DNA of 63,505 nt, counting the filler, from Blastocystis sp. subtype 4 (taxonomy: Eukaryota), in NCBI RefSeq assembly GCF_000743755.1. It is 4 parts of 4 records of this genome, joined end to end, with 100 filler letters (N's around TTAATTAATTAA, not from the genome) between each part and the next. Parts side by side here need not be neighbours in the genome. Positions count along the whole stretch, not along the records: positions 33,754 to 50,384 come from NW_014569311.1; positions 50,485 to 63,505 come from NW_014569259.1; 2 more parts are not named here. One strand, given 5' to 3'. A program made the translations under genes and the position numbers. The notes beneath the pieces were generated by a model. It did no database searches and was not told the origin of the DNA. It worked only from the letters and a program-made list of their open reading frames with translations. Below are positions 48,299-60,025 of the stretch, in pieces (position 1 is the first letter of the stretch; every line of letters starts with the position of its first letter).

Positions 48299-50384
48299 AT
48301 GAACAAGCCAATAGTGTATCTCAGTATAGACTTTGGGACATCCAATTCATGTGCTTATTCCTCTCACAACGGAAGAATCTGTAATGTTACCAGTAGCAGC
48401 TCAAAATCGCATATTCCATCTTCTATCTTTTATAGGAACGAAAATGAAGCTGTTATTGGAGATGCTGCGGAAATCCTTCATGGGAACCAAACGAAGGCGT
48501 TTGTTCGCAAAGTGAAAAGGATCATCGGGCTTGACTGTTCCCAGGAATGTGTGAAGAAAGAAATGGAGGATAGTACAGTACCCATCGAACAGTTCGACAA
48601 TTATCCTCGCTATGTGCTGACTGTGAATGGAAATACCTTTTTCCGTACTCCCGTGGAGATTGCCAGTGAGTTGTTTAAATACATCTTAAAGAAGGTGGAC
48701 AGCGAGAATGCATATGATATCCATGCCTGTATTACTGTTCCTGCCACATTCTTTGTTTCACAAACGGAGGCAGTGAAAAAAGCAGCAGTTCTTGCAGGTT
48801 TGAAAAATGTTCATATTGTTGCCGAACCTGTTGCGGCTGTAGTTGGTTATTCCTTAATGGCTTCTTCAGAGCAGGATTTGTATTTGGTATATGATTTGGG
48901 AGGTGGGACGTTTGATGCGACGATTGTTAAACGAGTCAAACAAGTCTATTCAGTAATGGCGAAATCGGGTGATCCGTACATGGGTGGATGTGACATTGAC
49001 AGTATTGTGTACTCTCTTCTGCTGGACTATCTTAGGGGTGTGCTGGATTCTGATCAATATGATAGATATTTTGCAAAACTGTCTTCAAGACCTGGTTATC
49101 GTTTGAAATTGTTGGATACAGCGAGAGAAGCAAAGGAATCTTTGTCTTCATTAGAAGAAGTTACGGTTCCAATAGAAATGAGAAAACAGACGATCTATTG
49201 TATGATCACAAGAAGTGAGTTGAATAAGCGGGTAAGTCCTCTTATCACAAAGTCCATCCAAATTATTAAGGAAATGATGAAGAAAATTAGTGTTTCAGAG
49301 GAAATGCTGACAACAGTGATCATGGTTGGAGGTCCAACCCAATATCCCTATTTTGCCGAGTGTCTCCAAAAGGAATTTGGAGATATTATCCGTCGTGATA
49401 TTAATGTTGAAACTGTAGTTGCTCAAGGTGCATTGGCTATTGAAGAGAATTGGGACAAAATGGAATTAGGCCGAATGGTGCCAAAAAAGGGTCTTCCTCC
49501 AAGTCGTAGGGTGAAACGACACATAGAAAATGTGGAAACTATTGAATCAGAGATTCATTTTCATGATTGCTTATCATATTCAATTGGAATTCGAGCATTT
49601 GATGATTCTTGTTATGTATTGTTTCATAAGAGTGAACAATACAATGCAGAACGAGTCATTAAGTTATCCATTACACAGAAGTGTCAGAAGTTCTTGTTAA
49701 TAGAGTTTTGTCAAGGAGAGAGTAATGTATTCAGTCAGAATACCCCAATTGGATCAATACGATATGATTTGAAGGATGTTCGACAGAACATGGAACCTCA
49801 ATTTGAATTGAAGATTCGAATCAGTCAACAAGGCACATTAATGTGTGTTTTGAATGATTTGAAGCTTAAGCAAACGAAAGAGTTACAATTAAATACTCAT
49901 ATCACACAACACGAAACTAGTTTAACCATCCTAGATGAAGAAGGAGAAGAACACCTTGATGAATTAATAAATCGATTGATTGCAATTCGAAAGCAATTAG
50001 TGGATTCCAAAGAATATGGAGATATTGCAAATAACATTCAAACATTGATTAAGGAAAGACAGCAAACACACAATACAACAGAGTTGATCCATCGTTGTGA
50101 ACAGGTTATCAATCAATACAAAATGATGGTTTCATTGAGTTCTGTGTTGATTGGACAGAGAGGTTTACGATGGAATCAACTACTCATCCTCTTTCCTGAG
50201 ATGAAGCATATGGTGAGTGTTGATGTGATTGGACAAAGGATGAGTGGAGTAATCAAGAATGAAGAGGAAGTGATAGAAGTGAAAGAGAATGAGAATGAAG
50301 TGGAATTGATGATAGTGAATGTATTGAATCATTCAATGATTGTATTGAAAGGATTGAAAGAAGAAGAATTGAATGAAATGGATT
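48299..50384 (+). CDS. Divergent intronless Hsp70-family protein with C-terminal extension running into the gap
   Basis: SIDFGTSNS, KVKRIIG, ITVPATF, AEPVAA, YDLGGGTFD, MGGCDID, AKESLS, VGGPT; divergent SBD (FCQGES); no stop before the gap. Confidence 0.88.
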
Positions 50385-50484
50385 NNNNNNNNNNNNNNNN
50401 NNNNNNNNNNNNNNNNNNNNNNNNNNNNTTAATTAATTAANNNNNNNNNNNNNNNNNNNNNNNNNNNNNNNNNNNNNNNNNNNN
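50385..50484. other. Assembly gap with artificial linker
   Basis: N run containing TTAATTAATTAA. Confidence 0.97.
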
Positions 50485-52414
50485 AGACCAACCTGATGTA
50501 TCATCACCAAACCAATTGGTAGGCACTTCACCCATCTTATAATACCATTGTTCTGAATGATTGATAGAAGGACGACGAACATATTGATTGACTATGTTGT
50601 TTTGATAACCATCATATCTTCCTTTCACAACCATTTCCTCTTCACCATCAAGTAATAGAGAATACATGTAGAAATAGGAATTGGTGTACCATGCTGATGC
50701 TGTAGTATCATAGGTGACATCAAATCGATCTACAGTAATACATAAGTATGCTTCCCAATTCATATTAGCAGCATGAGAATGACCAGATTGAACTTCATAT
50801 ACTATGTTATTATTGGATGAATCACGAATTCTAAAGAATTCATATTGAGGATTGGTCTTATAGGTTCGAACAATCTTATAGAATGTTCCAATACATTCAA
50901 TGAATGTAATACTAATAGTAGTTTGAAGTTGGCTTGTTCCGATTGTCGATGTAATCTGATAAGAAGTTGCAGGAGTGGCAACAGATGCCGTTCCAGAAAT
51001 GATACACGTATCAGGATCAATTGATACACCATCAGGAAGTGCAGGAGAGATAGAACAACCACTATAGCCAAGCATAGTAGGGGTGATACTGACTACATCA
51101 TAGTCCTTGTAGAACGAGTATTGGTTTTGAGGATAGGATATACTAGTTGGGGCAGCACGATTACAAACAAGGAATTGCAAACCATAGATATACACGGCTC
51201 CTGCCTGAGATGTCTGAGCATTGAATCGAATCATAGGATACTTAGGAGGTAAAGATACTAAATCCCATTGCATCCATGTACTTGATTCATATGTTTGTCC
51301 AGAAACTAAGATTAGACTCTGCCAACTGGATGCTGTTGACATCGTAGCCTGAATTGTGAAACTGCTTGGTCCATATGTTGGACTCGTATAAGGCCATAGA
51401 CGATAAGAATTAATATGAGGAATAGATCCCAAAATTTCAACAGTGAGTGAACCAGGAGGAGAAGAAAGATAAGCTCCGGAGTTTCGTGAAAAGGATACAG
51501 CATAATTTGGATTCGAGAAATCCGTTGATGTAGCTGTCACTTCATTTGGCACAACGAAACAATTGTTTGTAGAACTCAAACCAGCCATGAGAGAGATAAA
51601 ACCATCAAATTGAACGAATCCAGTAGTGGAAAGATCTATAGGGTGGACTTCAACAGCTAATACACTCAACACAGCCACTTCATTAGCAGGGCGAATCATT
51701 CCATGAAAGCTATAAGTTGTATAGCCTCCAGTAGCTGGAGTACTACTCGTTGGTTCACCATCAGGCATGTTATCTCGATATACTTCAGCACCATTAATGT
51801 ATGCAGCAACTCCAAAACGATAGTACAGTTGCAATTCGAAAGCAGCCATATTTTCGACTCCAGTGAACTGTCTACGGAAGTATAATACTCCTTGTCCAGA
51901 AACAGCTTCGCCACCTGATACGTAATTTATCCAATCATCATCATCATAGCCATATATTTTCCAGCTTCCAGAAGGGTTGTTGGTATGCTTCCAAGCCTCA
52001 TTCTTGTTGATAGGAGAGTACAGAGATAAAGGTTCTCTTTGAGTACTTCCTTCAGTCATCATTTCCTTGTACATCACATTCCCATTAATACCTTCAAACT
52101 TGATCCAAGCTCCATCAGACCAAGAATCACCATAACTATCGATCATTTCTAGAGTGTATTGATGGTTTTCAGGACCTGACAAGCACACTTCAATCTCTCT
52201 TTCATCACTGTCAATCAATGAAGGAGAAGTGTAAATAACTGTTGAACCAGAATAGATCTTGAACGACTCTTCAACTGCGAAGTACATAGTCTTCTTCGTA
52301 ATCTTTGTATAGACCTGGTCAGTAGGACAATCAAGAGCAGAAGTGAATGCAACTATAGGTAATATAATCATAATGCATCATACAAAGAACGAACAATATC
52401 ACAAATCGATCCAT
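50485..52414 (-). CDS. Large secreted/surface protein with beta-sandwich and putative Ig-like domains; 3' end lost in gap
   Basis: Signal peptide MDRFVILFVL|VAFTSALDC; MIDSYGDSWSDGAW; YFRRQF...GVAAYINGAEVYRDNMP; ISPALPDGVSIDPDTCIISGT (He_PIG-like). Confidence 0.8.
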
Positions 52415-53364
52415 TTTGATAAAGTAAAAAAATGTGATAGCCAAAAATGATATATCAGCGTCGTGTTCCATTAGAATGCATGAACAGTAATCATGTACAC
52501 GAATATTGTCTTGTGTTCCGAGATTGAAATTGTTCTATTTGAAGAATAAGGATCTTATTTTCGCTATCTCAAGTTGGTTTTTTCCCCTTAATCAGTCAAC
52601 AATAAATACTCTAGTTGAGCATATTAGTAGAAAGAAATTCATGGAAGAGATATCATGTTATACTTGTTATTCACTAGAGATGGATTCTGTAGAGCGTCTG
52701 GACTGTCTGTTATTATGCTCTCTGAATACATTTAATCTGCTACAAATCTGGAGACTTGGTAAGATTCAATCAAGTGGTATGAGAAGAAGTGAATCAGGGA
52801 TATATCAAATGGATCGGATTGTATCTGAGTCTGTAGTAATCTGGTTCGATAGATAATCTCATTTGGGACAAGTCCATTAGTGTATCGAATGATGCATTCA
52901 AGATGAGTTGACAGTGTGTTTTCAATATGTTATTTGAGCATATCAGGCATTCGTATAAGTGATTACTTTTTTTTTCGCACAACTCGATGCCATTAGCCAT
53001 TTTCCTTCTTACGCCAAATCGTACCATCTATTACGCCTTGCGCCATGAGCCCAACAAATGGTTTTCTGTTAATTTACTCGTTTTGATCTGTTTTTTGCTT
53101 CAGATATTTGATTTCTGCTATGATATCTTTGTCTTCTTGTTATTGATCACAATGATAAGATTCCTATTTCCTTCAAGATGATGTTATACTATTTCCATTA
53201 TCTATACACTTTCATATCATTTCCCAGAAATGATTATTTTATCTTGCTGTTTCATATGGATTGTCGTGTTTTTGCTTCATCATGTAGAATTGTCGTTCTC
53301 TCAATACTCGAATATTTCAATGCAGCAATAGATTTCTACAAACAAACACATCAGTTTCTCTTTT

Positions 53365-54660
53365 CTATGATTGTATGACCTTTGTATTGTAGGAATTACA
53401 TTTGGGATTTGGACACTACAAATAATATAGGCTCCTTGATTCCGACTTTATGATAAAGAAAATTGAACGGAACAACACTGGTCTGCTCACAGTCATTACA
53501 GTAGATAGTACGTGTCCAATCCTTATACTCCTCTGGCATTGGATGGGTCTCCACCCACCTATCCAGGAGAGCAAAATAATCCTTCGTCTCAATGATCGTC
53601 TTTTGACAAATAGGGCAGACATAATTTGTCTACATCTCATCTCTGGACCTCAGCTCTACCTTCAAGTATTCATCTAAACACGATTCGTGAATTCCATGAC
53701 CACAACATAGAAAGATAGCTGGTTTCGTGGAAGTCTGCATGTATTCACCACAGATAGGACAATCACAGAACAACTTGTTTTCAATACAGATGTGATCCTT
53801 ATGATTTCTCATATGCATACAAACATTGCATTTGGAACAATGATAGGAGTCAATCCCTAAGCCCATTCCATGACGACATAGCTTACAATAGGGACAATGG
53901 TAACAATGAAGGATTCTATCGAAACATGATCAAAGGATATGAACTGATTGATAGTGCGATCTGAACACCAAAAGTGGCAAATATCACAGTAGTATTCACC
54001 GAGAACCTTATGGCAATACTTGCATTCTCTTCCCACTTTCTGTAAATCAACAACAATTCCGATAGAAACCTGAATTCGAAGGCAATGCATGCAAGCCATA
54101 TATTCCACTGCATATCGATCAATATCATGAGTGCAATTGTCCTGATGACAAAAACGACAAGTGTAAAACTTGTGACACTCAGGACACATCATCTTGGCTC
54201 CTCGAATATAGTGACAACATCCCAATACTGTGTGCTCTTCATCCTACCAATGAATGTATATTCTAATACGAACATGCCATGTCACCTCTTCTGGAGAGAT
54301 AGATCCATTTTCGACGTCCACATCTCCTATATAGTGTGATTCTGAATTTCGACGTTTTCTTTCTTCTTCTTGAACGAATTTATAGGACATCACATTCTAT
54401 CCAGGAGATCATACTGAATTCTACTCACCTGAATATGTTGGTTCTTTTCACTATCTGATAAGTCTTGACTAGCAATATACCGGATCAGTTTCTGCTTTTC
54501 ATTCTATTAAATCAGTCCAGATTATACGATCATACCGAAATGTATGTATCCCTCTCTTCAGGAGTTTCGAATTCCTTCCTATATGCTTCATCTAAAGTCG
54601 TGTTGATGTGCTGTGGATGAAATCTTCAACAGCTAGATATACAGATTCAATATCAGACAT
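53365..54660 (-). CDS. RCHY1: RING finger and CHY zinc finger E3 ligase (Pirh2)
   Basis: GCCHYIRGAKMMCPECHKFYTCRFCHQD, EYYCDICHFW, DCPICGEYM...CGHGIHESC, C-terminal CPNPKCNSYNT. Confidence 0.93.
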
Positions 54661-54705
54661 TCGAACAAACACAAATACTAAAAGCGAAGGAATCCCCAAA
54701 TTCGG

Positions 54706-56323
54706 TTACGCCAGCTTCTTCTCCACTGCCGAAATTGCCACACATCGTTCAAGAAGCGAGGGATGGCTATTGCGAACCAGACTAACAAGCCAATGGGATG
54801 CTATGGAAGAACTGTTCTCCACATTCAGCTTCGTAAGAGCTACCTTTAGATGATGTCCGTAACCATGCTCAGTTGCAAACCGATCTGCTTGGTACTCATA
54901 CTTCCGTGATATAGTATTCATCAGAATATCCAAAAGCAAATCCAGATTCTCCCAAATCGCCTACAGATAACAATCCAACCTCAGATTCACTGAAAGGAAT
55001 AAGAGTAAACCAATAAATATAGGTGTGTCAACAAATCCAAATCTAGAGGTAAGACAAACAGAGACTGCTACGAATGGTAAATGTTCTCACTGAAGATGAA
55101 CATTTTAGCAACATACAGTAAGACAAAGAGTTGAACTGCATTCATCACCAGCATCTACTTTTCATTCTCTTCAGAGGCTTTGACTCGGTATGTATGACCA
55201 TGTTTCCAGTGACCCAATTCGTGACCTACTACAGCCACAATCTCATCGTCTGTCAGCTGTGTAAGAAGGGTATCGTAAATCAGAATCCCGTTGACCCCGA
55301 AGAACCCATAAGCAGCAGCATTGCTGTGACCTGTCCTCTGACTACTATCAATCACTTGAATCCTGCCAACACGAAAACCAACTTCATTAGCAAGTGCATA
55401 GAGACGGTCACGAAGGGGAGAAGGCTCCATCGGAGACATCTTATTGAATAATGGCAAGATCCATATTGGGTAGATCATATTCATAACAATCGAAAAGACA
55501 TTCATACAAATCCAGGCATAGATATAAGCATTAGGACCAGCTCTCTAACAATGAACAAAGAATAGTATATCAACCTTAAGAACAAAACTCACAATGAAAT
55601 ACAAGGGAATTGTTACTAAGAATGATATAACCAGATTCTTGATCATATCCTTAAAGAATAAACTCAATCTTTGCTTATTGAATCCGTGTCTAGCAATGAA
55701 AAACAATCAAAGTCCCTACTTCTCCTCAATGACAAATGTAGAATACAGACTCCACGGCAAAGAATAGAGTTCATCAAAAAGACCGTTTATAATTATGAAG
55801 AATACACAAGAAACTGATTCACTATTCTCATGTCCTAACCATCGCTAATGGTCATTTCAACCAATGAAACCAACAGCAATATTCTTGGACATATCATACA
55901 TATATGGAAGGAGACCCGAAAGGGTTAGGACAACATCCACAACAGTCAGAAACGAAACCTTGATGACTCTGAATTTGTTTCGATCCAAATTGTAGAGCTG
56001 TGACTTGTAGAAGTTATTTCGAACTCGCTTTTCTAGTGTCTCACCATTCTTCGGATCTCCCTCGGCATCAATCTCCTTGATTAAGTCCATCACATCCTAA
56101 ATTATCAACAGGTCAAGCATCGTACTGAAGGCGGTTCCTTTTCATTGTACAGTTTCCGTTCTAAGGAATCTAGAATCCAATTAAGGATGAAACTATATGA
56201 AATCTGAAAAAAAATAAAATACATCGTCAGAGTGGCAGCTAAAGACAACCACATGAAAGGAGAGCTAGTTGAATACTCTCCCAATTGACGATAGAGTGGA
56301 AATTTGCTTAAGTACTGATACAT
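54706..56323 (-). CDS. STE24: CAAX prenyl protease 1 (peptidase M48)
   Basis: IDSSQRTGHSNAAAYG, ILIYDTL, EIVAVVGHELGHWKHGH (HEXXH), SRKYEYQADRFA, SHPSLLER. Confidence 0.95.
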
Positions 56324-56490
56324 AATAGAATTGTAACGAATCCTTCAGAAGAATGAAAGAAACTTGGTGAATAACTGCGCTACACTGAAAATATCATTGA
56401 CTTCGAAAGCATATCAAATGGCAGTGACTCAATGAGAACAGTCAAGTCCTTTACAAACTGGAATCATAACAAACAACTAAGAGAAGCACA

Positions 56491-58168
56491 TTAAATCGAA
56501 ATCGTAGACATCACCGCCTTCTTCTCCCAATCATTCACAACCACCACAACTCCGCTCTCCACTTTGGAATGCAACATCTCGATAATCTCCTCCTCACGCA
56601 GCTCCTTCTCAATCTTCACCGAAATACATCCACGGTAGCATCCCTCGATTTGATTCAGAATCAAATCATTATCTGTAAATACATAAATGGGACTCTTACC
56701 ATGATACTTGGATGTCCAACGAGCTGTCTCATTTCCTCTTGTAACCAGCACGATAGCTACAGCATTCACCTCTTCAGCGTGGGTCACAACATCCAAACAC
56801 ACATCTTCAACCTCACTTAATCCATATTTACTGCAACTCATTTCCATCACTCTCTAGTGTAATAACTCCACCCGTTCCAACATACTGTACGGACACGCAT
56901 GAATGGATACACCTTCTCTGCCTCCTCAGCAAGCTTTCGAAGCATTGTAACAGCTTTAACGGGATATAGACCATTTGCTGACTCTCCCGAGAGCATTACA
57001 GCATCTGACCCATCTAGAATCGCATTTGCTACATCCGTACACTCTGCTCTGGTAGGTCTAATCATCAACCCTTCTTCCCACAACTACCGAGGCTTCTTAA
57101 TCATGCTATCCAACATCTGTGTCGCCGTAATGGTGAATCGGCCTCGAAGGGTTGCTTCGTGGAGCATGTACTTTTGGGCCAAAAATACCTTCTCAGGAGC
57201 CATCTCCATCCCAAGATCTCCTCGAGCTACCATGATCCCATCTACTTTTTCTAAAATCTGTTCATAATTTCGTAGTCCTTCTTGATTCTCGATTTTGGCA
57301 ATGATCTGAATATGTTGCAGTTTGGGTCCCAAAACTCGACGAATCTCATCAATATCACTAGCCTTGCGAATGAACGAAGCAGCGATACAGTCCACATGAT
57401 AGTGGAGAGGGAACTCAGTAATGTCACGGATATCCTTTATGTCATCCATTTCTCATACTATTACCGATTCTGTTAACGTCGGAAGAGTAATGATAGCTCC
57501 AGGAATATTCATATTCTTAGTCTCTCCAATAGTTGCGGTATTTAGCGCTCGACAACGAATCCATGTCTCACCAATCTCCTTCACTTGGAAAGTCAAGTCT
57601 CCATCAGACACATAAATGAGCTGGTCCCTGCTCACCGATGTGGGGAGGTCCTTATACGAGCAAGAGAGGTGAGTTGCATCTCCCTTGATCTAGAGTGAAA
57701 ATCACCAACAATGCCTACAGAATAATCCGTAGTAATCTCAACAATCGAATCCTTTTCTACCGTTACATTCTTTCCATCTACAAGAAAACCAGTTCGGATT
57801 TCCGGTCCCTTTGTGTCTAGCATTACAGCAACCTGTGAATAATTCAACAACTCCATCACCAACATGTTTCCCTGGTCTTTGCTTCAAAGCAGCCATTAGA
57901 TTATCGTGAGCTTTTCCGTGAGTCTAAATTGGGATACGAATTTCAAGCCAATACCTCGTGAGTCCCATGAGAAAAGTTGAAACGGGCTACAGACATACCT
58001 GCATCAATCATTTGAACAAGTGTGTCCACATCCCAACATGCAGGACCCAGTGTGCACACAATCTTGGTGTTGTGTGACTTCAGAGGTGTATCCATCACGA
58101 TACGATCAAAACTAGCAAAGAAAAACATATCAAATCCCCTACTTCAAGTTGTAATCGATACAGGACAT
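56491..58168 (-). CDS. PK: Pyruvate kinase
   Basis: [71 protein letters not shown]. Confidence 0.97.
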
Positions 58169-58334
58169 TCGATAAAGAAGAACGAAGGAATATATGATAG
58201 GCAAATGACTACTGTTGTTGAGTGGTTCTCTTGATTACCAAGCATTGTCCCTCAATAGGAAATCTCAATGCTCATCGACCATCTATCCAATTCCCAACTC
58301 CCAACAGGCAACCTCTAAATGATATTCTCTTCTC

Positions 58335-58342
58335 AACAAACA
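58335..58342 (-). promoter_or_regulatory. TGTTTGTT polyadenylation motif of the COMMD gene
   Basis: In-frame T of codon TGG at 58347, 5 nt upstream. Confidence 0.8.
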
Positions 58343-58346
58343 CTCC

Positions 58347-59092
58347 ATCCAAACTTCATTAGATATCTGTATTCGTGACAGCAAACATCCCAATTGTTCT
58401 GAACAGCACCTTGGAGATCGTTTACCATATTCCTCAACGTACCGTAGTCTACTTCAAAGTATTCCTTCTTTTGCACTCCTTGCTCTCGAGATGCAATTTC
58501 TAATAGATATGATGGGTTATAAGTATGATAAAGAGACTGCCGACTCAACTCAACATCAAGTCGCCACCGCACTCCCTAGAAATGATCCATTAAATTCATA
58601 CGAACGACGTATTCGGAGACAATCCCTTTCAGTTTGTACCGCCATTCTGTTGAGTCACTATTCTTAATGGCGAGACTCTATCGATCAAATGCCACGTACA
58701 ATCCAACAAGATGATCATAAAACTTCTCCAGTAACACAGTTATCTCTTCTGCAAAGCCAACTTCGGAAATCACATCGGCAAAATCAAAGGGATTTACACG
58801 TTGTTGTAAACACTCCGAAAACAGAAATCCTATGGCACAGATACTTTTGTCAAGGGAATGTTCATCTACATTAAGCGAATCTATTCATCACAGTTGGGTA
58901 GAATCCGCACTCACCAGCTTCGAAAACGTGAGGATGCAAGGCTCCCGAGTAATATAACTCAATACCAATGTACACACTAAATTCACATCTAAACTGTTAC
59001 ACCAACACCTTAATCGTACCATTAGATGACAATTTCTTGGCACAGTCAAAATATGGTTGGGCTTGCTCTGGAATAGTCAGATGAAAAGACAT
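58347..59092 (-). CDS. COMM-domain protein (COMMD2-like); stop probably created by polyadenylation at 58347
   Basis: COMM domain WRLDVELSRQSL...PSYLLEI...DYGTLRNMVNDLQGA; ATG 59092. Confidence 0.8.
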
Positions 59093-59168
59093 TTGAATCA
59101 CCGTGCTACTTAAAATACAAATAACAAAAACAAATGTATGTGAAAAAACAAATGAATATAACATCTTA

Positions 59169-59545
59169 TCACTCTAAATAACTATTGGCCTTTAAATCAC
59201 CGTCACGTATAGCACTATTAGCCTCTAGAAGGGCATGGTAATCAGGATAATCGGCACACAACCGAAAAACAAGTCGTTTATTGCATATCTCAATTTCCTC
59301 ATCTATAAATTCACTTATCTATTGTTCTCATCAACATACTAGGAAGAACAATCACCTCACTCCCATCCGTCATTTCATATCTTCCAATAAGTCGCTTTCC
59401 ATTCAACAAAAGTGTGGGATGTTTTGTATCCAAATTCTTCAACATCAAGTCGCTATCTAACTCTTACGAGGAATTGATACTCTCCAATGTTCCATGTAAA
59501 ATCATCTGCTAATCCCTCAATTTCGATTGTAACAAACGATTCCAT
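59169..59545 (-). CDS. TFIIIC subunit 6 (GTF3C6/Tfc7)-like small protein
   Basis: MESFVTIEIEG...NLDTKHPTLLLNGKRLIGRYEMTDGSEVIV resembles the TFIIIC_sub6 triple-barrel motif; not in the ORF track. Confidence 0.6.
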
Positions 59546-59555
59546 CAATAAATCA

Positions 59556-60007
59556 CTAACATAATCGACGAACCTTTTCAATGCAATCCAACATGTGTTC
59601 GATTATAGCAAGCTTCCCAGTAACTTCCGAATCCCCTAGTGAGTCCTGATTCTCTGCCAATCGTTTCACTCCATTCAGTAATAAGGCTTGAAGATTTTCG
59701 TCCACTTGTTGCAACATTTCAGAAGGATGACCTACCTTCTCCTCTAGGTTCACTTTCTCTTCTATTTGTTTCTAAATATCACATAGAATCAGCTGTGAAA
59801 ACCAGTGAAGTATCTTTTTCTTCGAAATCGTAAACACGATTGCAGCTCAAACAGAGCGTTTGCATATCACGATTTCTCATTAAAGGAATATTGCATGTTG
59901 GACAGGATTCTCCGAGCATAGTCCATCCCTATCTCTCATCACTCACTTTTTACGCCAACTTCCAACAATTTCTGACCTAGAAGGACAGAGACATCTGGTT
60001 GACTCAT
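59556..60007 (-). CDS. SSSCA1/ZNRD2 (Auto_anti-p27 zinc ribbon) protein
   Basis: Spliced MSQPDVSVLLGQKLLE|GWTMLGESCPTCNIPLMRNRDMQTLCLSC. Confidence 0.88.
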
Positions 60008-60013
60008 TCAAAC

Positions 60014-60021
60014 AACAAACA
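60014..60021 (-). promoter_or_regulatory. TGTTTGTT polyadenylation motif of the Hsp70-like gene
   Basis: In-frame T of codon TTC at 60026, 5 nt upstream. Confidence 0.85.
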
Positions 60022-60025
60022 GGGA

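Noticed and set aside
52420..53340. Long spacer with short ORFs and C/D-box-like words (possible snoRNA)
   Set aside because: The ORFs look non-coding and I found no convincing terminal stem or guide sequence; an Infernal/Rfam scan would be needed.
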